Origin: the human T2T-CHM13v2.0 reference genome, Homo sapiens
Length of the DNA stretch: 64,000 bases
Reading direction: 5' to 3' (one strand)
Assembly: GCF_009914755.1 (NCBI RefSeq)
Contig: NC_060925.1
The translations under genes were made by a program, and so were the position numbers. The notes beneath the pieces are model-generated. The model worked only from the letters and a program-made list of their open reading frames with translations. It was not told the origin of the DNA and made no database searches. Below, in pieces: positions 1 through 11,300 of the stretch; positions within the stretch are counted from its first letter, which is position 1; each line of letters opens with the position of its first letter.

Positions 1-183
1 TGAAAAGAAAGGTTAAACTCTGTGAGTTGAACGCACACATCACAAAGGAGTTTATGAGAATCATTCTGTCTAGTTTCTATAAGAAGATATTTCCTATTCT
101 ACCATTGACCTCAAAGCGGCTGAAATCTCCACTTGCAAATTCGACAAAAAGAGTGTTTCAAGCCTGCTCTCTGTAAAGGATCC

Positions 184-202
184 TTCAACTCTGTGAGTTG
201 AA
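184..202. other. Dyad symmetry TTCAACTC-TGT-GAGTTGAA (8-bp arms, 3-nt loop), present in most dimers
   Basis: Read directly: the reverse complement of ttcaactc is gagttgaa. The partner monomer has a weaker version (aactc-tgt-gagtt). Confidence 0.85.
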
Positions 203-259
203 TACACACAACACAAGGAAGTTACTGAGAATTATTCTGTCTAGCATAATATGAAGAAA

Positions 260-276
260 TCCCGTTTCCAACGAAG
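260..276 (-). promoter_or_regulatory. CENP-B box (first of ~188, one per dimer)
   Basis: + strand tcccgtttccaacgaag = CTTCGTTGGAAACGGGA, matching the canonical YTTCGTTGGAARCGGGA. The next copies are at 601-617 and 939-955. Confidence 0.97.
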
Positions 277-770
277 GCCTCAAAGAGGTCTGAATATCCA
301 CTTGCAGACTTTACAAACAGAGTGTTTCCTAACTGCTCTATGAGAAGAAAAGTTAAACTCTGTGAGTTGAACGCACACATCACAAAAGATTTTCTGAGAA
401 TCATTCTGTCTAGTCTTTATATGAAGATAGTTTCCTTTTCTACCATTGACCTGAAAGCAGCTGAAATCTCCACTTGCAAATTCCACAAAAAGAGTGTTTC
501 AAGTCTGCTCTGTGTAAAGGATCGTTCAACTCTGTGAGTTGAATACACACAACACAAGGAAGTTACTGAGAATTCTTCTGTCTAGCAGAATATGAAGAAA
601 TCCCGTTTCCAACGAAGGCCACAAGATGTCAGAATATCCACTTGCAGACTTTACAAACAGAGTGTTTCCTAACTGCTCTATGAACAGAAAGGTTAAACTC
701 TGTGAGTTGAACGAACACATCACAACGCAGTTTGTGGGAATGATTCTGTCTAGTTTTGAAACGAAGATAT

Positions 771-787
771 TTCCTTTTCTGCCGTTG
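771..787 (-). promoter_or_regulatory. A-box (pJ-alpha-like) site of the non-CENP-B monomer, example copy
   Basis: ttccttttctgccgttg lies 170 bp after the box at 601, at the homologous monomer position, and has the CCTTTTC/GAAAAGG core typical of A-type monomers. Confidence 0.65.
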
Positions 788-938
788 ACCTTAAAGCGCT
801 TGAAATCTACACTTGCAAATTGCACAAATAGAGTGTTTCAAATCTGCTCTGTCTAAGGGAACGTTCAACTCTGTGAGTTGAATGCACACAACACAAGGAA
901 GTTACTGGGAATTCTTCTGTCTAGCCTTACATGAAAAA

Positions 939-955
939 ACCCGTTTCCAACGAAG
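939..955 (-). promoter_or_regulatory. CENP-B box variant of the C dimer (CTTCGTTGGAAACGGGT), once per HOR unit
   Basis: acccgtttccaacgaag keeps all core positions of NTTCGNNNNANNCGGGN and abuts an A6/A7 tract. Confidence 0.9.
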
Positions 956-1240
956 GCCTCTAAGTGGTCAAAATATCCACGTGCAGACTTTACAAACAGA
1001 GTGTTTCCAAACCGCTGAATGAAAAGAAAAGTTAAACTCTGAGAGTTGAACGCACACATCACGCAGCAGTTTCTGAGAATGATTCTGTCTAGTTTTTATA
1101 CGAAGATATTTCCTTTTCTGCCTTTGGCCCCAAAGCGCTTGAAATCTCCACTTGAAAATTCCACAAAAACAGTGTTTCAAATCTGCTCTCTCTAAATGAA
1201 AGTTCAACTCTGTCAGTTGAATACACACAACACAAGGAAG

Positions 1241-4200
1241 TTACTGAGAATTCTTCTGTCTAGCATAATATGAAGAAATCCCGTTTCCAACGAAGGCCTC
1301 AAAGGGGTCTGAATATCCACTTGCAGACTTCATAAACAGAGTGTTTACTAACTGCTCTATGAAAAGAAAGGTTAAACTCTGTGAGTTGAACACACACATC
1401 ACAAAGGAGTTTCTGAGAATCATTCTGTCTAGTTTTTCTACGAAGATATTTCCTTTTCTACTATTGACCTGAAAGCGGCTGAAATCTCCACTTGCAAATT
1501 CCACAAAAAGAGTGTTTCAAGTCTGCTCTGTGTAAAGGATCGTTCAACTCTGTGAGTTGAATACACACAACACAAGGAAGTTACTGAGAATTCTTCTGTC
1601 TAGCAGAATAGGAAGAAATCCCGTTTCCAACGAAGGCCTCAAAGAGGTCTGAATATCCACTTGCAGACTTTACAAACAGAGTGTTTCCTAACTGCTCTAT
1701 GAAAAGAAAAGTTAAACTCTGTGAGTTGAACGCACACATCACAAAGGAGTTTCTGAGAATCATTCTGTCTAGTTTCTATAGGAAGATATTTCCTATTCTA
1801 CCATTGACCTCAAAGCGGCTGAAATCTCCACTTGCAAATTCCACAAAAAGAATGTTTCAAGTCTGCTCCGTGTAAAGGATCGTTCAACTCTGTGAGTTGA
1901 ATACACACAACACAAGGAAGTTACTGAGAATTATTCTGTCTAGCATAATATGAAGAAATCCCGTTTCCAACGAAGGCCTCAAAGAGGTCTGAATATCCAC
2001 TTGCAGACTTTACAAACAGAGTGTTTCCTAACTGCTCTATGAAAAGAAAAGTTAAACTCTGTGAGTTGAACGCACACATCACAAAGGAGTTTATGAGAAT
2101 CATTCTGTCTAGTCTTTATACGAAGATATTTCCTTTTCTACCATTGACCTCAAAGCGGCTGAAATCTCCACTTGCAAATTCCACAAAAAGAGTGTTTCAA
2201 GTCTGCTCTGTGTAAAGGATCGTTCAACTCTGTGAGTAGAATACACACAACACAAGGAAGTTACTGAGAATTCTTCTGTCTAGCAGAATATGAAGAAATC
2301 CCGTTTCCAACGAAGGCCTCAAGGAGGTCTGAATATCCACTTGCAGACTTTACAAACAGAGTGTTTCCTAACTGCTCTATGAACAGAAAGGTTAAACTCT
2401 GTGAGTTGAACGCACACATCACAAAGGAGTTTCTGAGAATCATTCTGTCTAGTCTTTATACGAAGATATTTACTTTTCTACCATTGACTTCAAAGCGGCT
2501 GAAATCTCCACTTGCAAATTCCACAAAAAGAGTGTTTCAAGTCTGCTCTGTGTAAAGGATCATTCAACTCTGTGAGTTGAATAAACACAACACAAGGAAG
2601 TTACTGAGAATTATTCTGTCTAGCATAATATGAAGAAATCCCGTTTCCAACGAAGGCCTCAAAGAGGTCTGAATATCCACATGCAGACTTTACAAACAGA
2701 GTGTTTCCTAACTGCTCTATGAGAAGAAAAGTTAAACTCTGTGAGTTGAACGCACACATCACAAAAGATTTTCTGAGAATCATTCTGTCTAGTCTTTATA
2801 TGAAGATAGTTTCCTTTTCTACCATTGACCTCAAAGCGGCTGAAATCTCCACTTGCAAATTCCACAAAAAGAGTGTTTCAAGTCTGCTCTGTGTAAAGGA
2901 TCGTTCAACTCTGTGAGTTGAATACACACAACACAAGGAAGTTACTGAGAATTCTTCTGTCTAGCAGAAGATGAAGAAATCCCGTTTCCAACGAAGGCCA
3001 CAAGATGTCAGAATATCCACTTGCAGACTTTACAAACAGAGTGTTTCCTAACTGCTCTATGAACAGAAAGGTTAAACTCTGTGAGTTGAACGAACACATC
3101 ACAACGCAGTTTGTGGGAATGATTCTGTCTAGTTTTGAAACGAAGATATTTCCTTTTCTGCCGTTGACCTTAAAGCGCTTGAAATCTACACTTGCAAATT
3201 GCACAAATAGAGTGTTTCAAATCTGCTCTGTCTAAGGGAACGTTCAACTCTGTGAGTTGAATGCACACAACACAAGGAAGTTACTGGGAATTCTTCTGTC
3301 TAGCCTTACATTAAAAAAACCCGTTTCCAACGAAGGCCTCTAAGTGGTCAAAATATCCACGTGCAGACTTTACAAACAGAGTGTTTCCAAACCGCTGAAT
3401 GAAAAGAAAAGTTAAACTCTGAGAGTTGAACGCACACATCACGCAGCAGTTTCTGAGAATGATTCTGTCTAGTTTTTATACGAAGATATTTCCTTTTCTG
3501 CCTTTGGCCCCAAAGCGCTTGAAATCTCCACTTGCAAATTCCACAAAAACAGTGTTTCAAATCTGCTCTCTCTAAATGAAAGTTCAACTCTGTCAGTTGA
3601 ATACACACAACACAAGGAAGTTACTGAGAATTCTTCTGTCTAGCATAATATGAAGAAATCCCGTTTCCAACGAAGGCCTCAAAGGGGTCTGAATATCCAC
3701 TTGCAGACTTTATAAACAGAGTGTTTACTAACTGCTCTATGAAAAGAAAGGTTAAACTCTGTGAGTTGAACACACACATCACAAAGGAGTTTTTGAGAAT
3801 CATTCTGTCTAGTTTTTCTACGAAGATATTTCCTTTTCTACTATTGACCTGAAAGCGGCTGAAATCTCCACTTGCAAATTCCACAAAAAGAGTGTTTCAA
3901 GTCTGCTCTGTGTAAAGGATCGTTCAACTCTGTGAGTTGAATACACACAACACAAGGAAGTTACTGAGAATTCTTCTGTCTAGCAGAATAGGAAGAAATC
4001 CCGTTTCCAAGGAAGGCCTCAAAGAGGTCTGAATATCCACTTGCAGACTTTACAAACAGAGTGTTTCCTAACTGCTCTATGAAAAGAAAAGTTAAACTCT
4101 GTGAGTTGAACGCACACATCACAAAGGAGTTTCTGAGAATCGTTCTGTCTAGTTTCTATAGGAAGATATTTCCTATTCTACCATTGACCTCAAAGCGGCT

Positions 4201-7200
4201 GAAATCTCCACTTGCAAATTCCACAAAAAGAATGTTTCAAGTCTGCTCTGTGTAAAGGATCGTTCAACTCTGTGAGTTGAATACACACAACACAAGGAAG
4301 TTACTGAGAATTATTCTGTCTAGCATAATATGAAGAAATCCCGTTTCCAGCGAAGGCCTCAAAGAGGTCTGAATATCCACTTGCAGACTTTACAAACAGA
4401 GTGTTTCCTAACTGCTCTATGAAAAGAAAAGTTAAACTCTGTGAGTTGAACGCACACATCACAAAGGAGTTTATGAGAATCATTCTGTCTAGTCTTTATA
4501 CGAAGATATTTCCTTTTCTACCATTGACCTCAAAGCGGCTGAAATCTCCACTTGCAAATTCCACAAAAAGAGTGTTTCAAGTCTGCTCTGTGTAAAGGAT
4601 CGTTCAACTCTGTGAGTAGAATACACACAACACAAGGAAGTTACTGAGAATTCTTCTGTCTAGCAGAATATGAAGAAATCCCGTTTCCAACGAAGGCCTC
4701 AAGGAGGTCTGAATATCCACTTGCAGACTTTACAAACAGAGTGTTTCCTAACTGCTCTATGAACAGAAAGGTTAAACTCTGTGAGTTGAACGCACACATC
4801 ACAAAGGAGTTTCTGAGAATCATTCTGTCTAGTCTTTATACGAAGATATTTACTTTTCTACCATTGACTTCAAAGCGGCTGAAATCTCCACTTGCAAATT
4901 CCACAAAAAGAGTGTTTCAAGTCTGCTCTGTGTAAAGGATCATTCAACTCTGTGAGTTGAATAAACACAACACAAGGAAGTTACTGAGAATTATTCTGTC
5001 TAGCATAATATGAAGAAATCCCGTTTCCAACGAAGGCCTCAAAGAGGTCTGAATATCCACATGCAGACTTTACAAACAGAGTGTTTCCTAACTGCTCTAT
5101 GAGAAGAAAAGTTAAACTCTGTGAGTTGAACGCACACATCACAAAAGACTTTCTGAGAATCATTCTGTCTAGTCTTTATATGAAGATAGTTTCCTTTTCT
5201 ACCATTGACCTCAAAGCGGCTGAAATCTCCACTTGCAAATTCCACAAAAAGAGTGTTTCAAGTCTGCTCTGTGTAAAGGATCGTTCAACTCTGTGAGTTG
5301 AATACACACAACACAAGGAAGTTACTGAGAATTCTTCTGTCTAGCAGAAGATGAAGAAATCCCGTTTCCAACGAAGGCCACAAGATGTCAGAATATCCAC
5401 TTGCAGACTTTACAAACAGAGTGTTTCCTAACTGCTCTATGAACAGAAAGGTTAAACTCTGTGAGTTGAACGAACACATCACAACGCAGTTTGTGGGAAT
5501 GATTCTGTCTAGTTTTGAAACGAAGATATTTCCTTTTCTGCCGTTGACCTTAAAGCGCTTGAAATCTACACTTGCAAATTGCACAAATAGAGTGTTTCAA
5601 ATCTGCTCTGTCTAAGGGAACGTTCAACTCTGTGAGTTGAATGCACACAACACTAGGCAGTTACTGGGAATTCTTCTGTCTAGCCTTACATGAAAAAAAC
5701 CCGTTTCCAACGAAGGCCTCTAAGTGGTCAAAATATCCACGTGCAGACTTTACAAACAGAGTGTTTCCAAACCGCTGAATGAAAAGAAAAGTTAAACTCT
5801 GAGAGTTGAACGCACACATCACGCAGCAGTTTCTGAGAATGATTCTGTCTAGTTTTTATACGAAGATATTTCCTTTTCTGCCTTTGGCCCCAAAGCGCTT
5901 GAAATCTCCACTTGCAAGTTCCACAAAAACAGTGTTTCAAATCTGCTCTCTCTAAATGAAAGTTCAACTCTGTCAGTTGAATACACACAACACAAGGAAG
6001 TTACTGAGAATTCTTCTGTCTAGCATAATATGAAGAAATCCCGTTTCCAACGAAGGCCTCAAAGGGGTCTGAATATCCACTTGCAGACTTTATAAACAGA
6101 GTGTTTACTAACTGCTCTATGAAAAGAAAGGTTAAACTCTGTGAGTTGAACACACACATCACAAAGGAGTTTCTGAGAATCATTCTGTCTAGTTTTTCTA
6201 CGAAGATATTTCCTTTTCTACTATTGACCTGAAAGCGGCTGAAATCTCCACTTGCAAATTCCACAAAAAGAGTGTTTCAAGTCTGCTCTGTGTAAAGGAT
6301 CGTTCAACTCTGTGAGTTGAATACACACAACACAAGGAAGTTACTGAGAATTCTTCTGTCTAGCAGAATAGGAAGAAATCCCATTTCCAACGAAGGCCTC
6401 AAAGAGGTCTGAATATCCACTTGCAGACTTTACAAACAGAGTGTTTCCTAACTGCTCTATGAAAAGAAAAGTTAAACTCTGTGAGTTGAACGCACACATC
6501 ACAAAGGAGTTTCTGAGAATCGTTCTGTCTAGTTTCTATAGGAAGATATTTCCTATTCTACCATTGACCTCAAAGCGGCTGAAATCTCCACTTGCAAATT
6601 CCACAAAAAGAATGTTTCAAGTCTGCTCTGTGTAAAGGATCGTTCAACTCTGTGAGTTGAATACACACAACACAAGGAAGTTACTGAGAATTATTCTGTC
6701 TAGCATAATATGAAGAAATCCCGTTTCCAGCGAAGGCCTCAAAGAGGTCTGAATATCCACTTGCAGACTTTACAAACAGAGTGTTTCCTAACTGCTCTAT
6801 GAAAAGAAAAGTTAAACTCTGTGAGTTGGACGCACACATCACAAAGGAGTTTCTGAGAATCGTTCTGTCTAGTTTCTATAGGAAGATATTTCCTATTCTA
6901 CCATTGACCTCAAAGCGGCTGAAATCTCCACTTGCAAATTCCACAAAAAGAATGTTTCAAGTCTGCTCTGTGTAAAGGATCGTTCAACTCTGTGAGTAGA
7001 ATACACACAACACAAGGAAGTTACTGAGAATTCTTCTGTCTAGCAGAATATGAAGAAATCCCGTTTCCAACGAAGGCCTCAAGGAGGTCTGAATATCCAC
7101 TTGCAGACTTTACAAACAGTGTTTCCTAACTGCTCTATGAACAGAAAGGTTTAACTCTGTGAGTTGAACGCACACATCACAAAGGAGTTTCTGAGAATCA

Positions 7201-8377
7201 TTCTGTCTCGTCTTTATACGAAGATATTTACTTTTCTACCATTGACCTCAAAGCGGCTGAAATCTCCACTTGCAAATTCGACAAGAAGAGTGTTTCAAGC
7301 CTGCTCTCTGTAAAGGATCCTTCAAATCTGTGAGTTGAATACACACAACACAAGGAAGTTACTGAGAATTATTCTGTCTAGCAGAATATGAAGAAATCCC
7401 GTTTCCAACGAAGGCCTCAAAGAGGTCTGAATATCCACTTGCAGACTTTACAAACAGAGTGTTTCCTAACTGCTCTATGAGAAGAAAAGTTAAACTCTGT
7501 GAGTTGAACGCACACATCACAAAAGATTTTCTGAGAATCATTCTGTCTAGTCTTTATATGAAGATAGTTTCCTTTTCTACCATTGACCTCAAAGCGGCTG
7601 AAATCTCCACTTGCAAATTCCACAAAAAGAGTGTTTCAAGTCTGCTCTGTGTAAAGGATCGTTCAACTCTGTGAGTTGAATACACACAACACAAGGAAGT
7701 TACTGAGAATTCTTCTGTCTAGCAGAATATGAAGAAATCCCGTTTCCAACGAAGGCCACAAGATGTCAGAATATCCACTTGCAGACTTTACAAACAGAGT
7801 GTTTCCTAACTGCTCTATGAACAGAAAGGTTAAACTCTGTGAGTTGAACGAACACATCACAACGCAGTTTGTGGGAATGATTCTGTCTAGTTTTGAAACG
7901 AAGATATTTCCTTTTCTGCCGTTGACCTTAAAGCGCTTGAAATCTACACTTGCAAATTGCACAAATAGAGTGTTTCAAATCTGCTCTGTCTAAGGGAACG
8001 TTCAACTCTGTGAGTTGAATGCACACAACACAAGGAAGTTACTGGGAATTCTTCTGTCTAGCCTTACATGAAAAAACCCGTTTCCAACGAAGGCCTCTAA
8101 GTGGTCAAAATATCCACGTGCAGACTTTACAAACAGAGTGTTTCCAAACCGCTGAATGAAAAGAAAAGTTAAACTCTGAGAGTTGAACGCACACATCACG
8201 CAGCAGTTTCTGAGAATGATTCTGTCTAGTTTTTATACGAAGATATTTCCTTTTCTGCCTTTGGCCCCAAAGCGCTTGAAATCTCCACTTGCAAATTCCA
8301 CAAAAACAGTGTTTCAAATCTGCTCTCTCTAAATGAAAGTTCAACTCTGTCAGTTGAATACACACAACACAAGGAAG
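1241..8377 (-). repeat. Three tandem 14-monomer HOR units (2380, 2380, 2377 bp)
   Basis: C-dimer landmark at 968, 3348, 5728, 8105. Shared variants gacctGaaag (1471, 3851, 6231) and gagtAga (2238, 4618, 6998) are at 2380-bp offsets. Confidence 0.9.
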
Positions 8378-11300
8378 TTACTGAGAATTCTTCTGTCTAG
8401 CATAATATGAAGAAATCCCGTTTCCAACGAAGGCCTCAAAGGGGTCTGAATATCCACTTGCAGACTTTATAAACAGAGTGTTTACTAACTGCTCTATGAA
8501 AAGAAAGGTTAAACTCTGTGAGTTGAACACACACATCACAAAGGAGTTTCTGAGAATCATTCTGTCTAGTTTTTCTACGAAGATATTTCCTTTTCTACTA
8601 TTGACCTCAAAGCGGCTGAAATCTCCACTTGCAAATTCCACAAAAAGAGTGTTTCAAGTATGCTCTGTGTAAAGGATCGTTCAACTCTGTGAGTTGAATA
8701 CACACAACACAAGGAAGTTACTGAGAATTCTTCTGTCTAGCAGAATATGAAGAAATCCCGTTTCCAACGAAGGCCTCAAGGAGGTCTGAATATCCACTTG
8801 CAGACTTTACAAACAGAGTGTTTCCTAACTGCTCTATGAAAAGAAAGGTTAAACTCTGTGAGTTGGACGCACACATCACAAAGGAGTTTATGAGAATCAT
8901 TCTGTCTAGTTTCTATAAGAAGATATTTCCTATTCTACCATTGACCTCAAAGCGGCTGAAATCTCCACTTGCAAATTCCACAAAAAGAGTGTTTCAAGCC
9001 TGCTCTCTGTAAAGGATCCTTCAACTCTGCGAGTTGAATACACACAACACAAGGAAGTTACTGAGAATTCTTCTGTCTAGCAGAATATGAAGAAATCCCG
9101 TTTCCAACGAAGGCCTCAAAGAGGTCTGCATATCCACTTGCAGACTTTACAAACAGAGTGTTTCCTAACTGCTCTATGAGAAGAAAAGTTAAACTCTGTG
9201 AGTTGAACGCACACATCACAAAAGATTTTCTGAGAATCATTCTGTCTAGTCTTTATATGAAGATAGTTTCCTTTTCTACCATTGACCTCAAAGCGGCTGA
9301 AATCTCCACTTGCAAATTCCACAAAAAGAGTGTTTCAAGTCTGCTCTGTGTAAAGGATCGTTCAACTCTGTGAGTTGAATACACACAACACAAGGAAGTT
9401 ACTGAGAATTCTTCTGTCTAGCAGAATATGAAGAAATCTCGTTTCCAACGAAGGCCACAAGATGTCAGAATATCCACTTACAGACTTTACAAACAGAGTG
9501 TTTCCTAACTGCTCTATGAACAGAAAGGTTAAACTCTGTGAGTTGAACGAACACATCACAACGCAGTTTGTGGGAATGATTCTGTCTAGTTTTGAAACGA
9601 AGATATTTCCTTTTCTGCCGTTGACCTTAAAGAGCTTGAAAACTACACTTGCAAATTGCACAAATAGACTGTTTCAAATCTGCTCTGTCTAAGGGAACGT
9701 TCAACTCTGTGAGTTGAATGCACACAACACAAGGAAGTTACTGGGAATTCTTCTGTCTAGCCTTACATGAAAAAAACCCGTTTCCAACGAAGGCCTCTAA
9801 GTGGTCAAAATTTCCACGTGCAGACTTTACAAACAGAGTGTTTCTAAACCGCTGAATGAAAAGAAAAGTTAAACTCTGAGAGTTGAAAGCACACATCACG
9901 CAGCAGTTTCTGAGAATGATTCTGTCTAGTTTTTATACGAAGATATTTCCTTTTCTGCCTTTGGCCCCAAAGCGCTTGAAATCTCCACTTGCAAATTCCA
10001 CAAAAACAGTGTTTCAAATCTGCTCTCTCTAAATGAAAGTTCAACTCTGTCAGTTGAATACACACAACACAAGGAAGTTACTGAGAATTCTTCTGTCTAG
10101 CATAATATGAAGAAATCCCGTTTCCAACGAAGGCCTCAAAGGGGTCTGAATATCCACTTGCAGACTTTATAAACAGAGTGTTTACTAACTGCTCTATGAA
10201 AAGAAAGGTTAAACTCTGTGAGTTGAACACACACATCACAAAGGAGTTTCTGAGAATCATTCTGTCTAGTTTTTCTACGAAGATATTTCCTTTTCTACTA
10301 TTGACCTCAAAGCGGCTGAAATCTCCACTTGCAAATTCCACAAAAAGAGTGTTTCAAGTCTGCTCTGTGTAAAGGATCGTTCAACTCTGTGAGTTGAATA
10401 CACACAACACAAGGAAGTTACTGAGAATTCTTCTGTCTAGCAGAATAGGAAGAAATCCCGTTTCCAACGAAGGCCTCAAAGAGGTCTGAATATCCACTTG
10501 CAGACTTTACAAACAGAGTGTTTCCTAACTGCTCTATGAAAAGAAAGGTTAAACTCTGTGAGTTGAACGCACACATCACAAAGGAGTTTCTGAGAATCGT
10601 TCTGTCTAGTTTCTATAGGAAGATATTTCCTATTCTACCATTGACCTCAAAGCGGCTGAAATCTCCACTTGCAAATTCCACAAAAAGAATGTTTCAAGTC
10701 TGCTCTGTGTAAAGGATCGTTCAACTCTGTGAGTTGACTACACACAACACAAGGAAGTTACTGAGAATTCTTCTGTCTAGCATAATATGAAGAAATCCCG
10801 TTTCCAACGAAGGCCTCAAAGAGGTCTGAATATCCACTTGCAGACTTTACAAACAGAGTGTTTCCTAACTGCTCTATGAAAAGAAAAGTTAAACTCTTTG
10901 AGTTGAACGCACACATCACAAAGGAGTTTCTGAGAATCATTCTGTCTAGTCTTTATACGAAGATATTTCCTTTTCTACCATTGACCTCAAAGCGGCTGAA
11001 ATCTCCACTTGCAAATTCCACAAAAAGAGTGTTTCAAGTCTGCTCTGTGTAAAGGATCGTTCAACTCTGTGAGTTGAATACACACAACACAAGGAAGTTA
11101 CTGAGAATTCTTCTGTCTAGCAGAATATGAAGAAATCCCGTTTCCAACGAAGGCCTCAAGGAGGTCTGAATATCCACTTGCAGACTTTACAAACAGAGTG
11201 TTTACTAACTGCTCTATGAAAAGAAAGGTTAAACTCTGTGAGTTGAACACACACATCACAAAGGAGTTTCTGAGAATCATTCTGTCTAGTTTTTCTACGA

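Noticed and set aside
931-940. A6 versus A7 tract in the C dimer as a sequencing artefact
   Set aside because: A6 co-segregates with the cttAaaatc SNV in all four Y units and with the 10,535-bp duplication, so it is probably a real but ordinary slippage allele.
978-983. E-box CACGTG once per HOR in the C dimer
   Set aside because: A 6-mer arising from one substitution (cacttg>cacgtg) and copied by HOR amplification; nothing in the sequence indicates factor binding.
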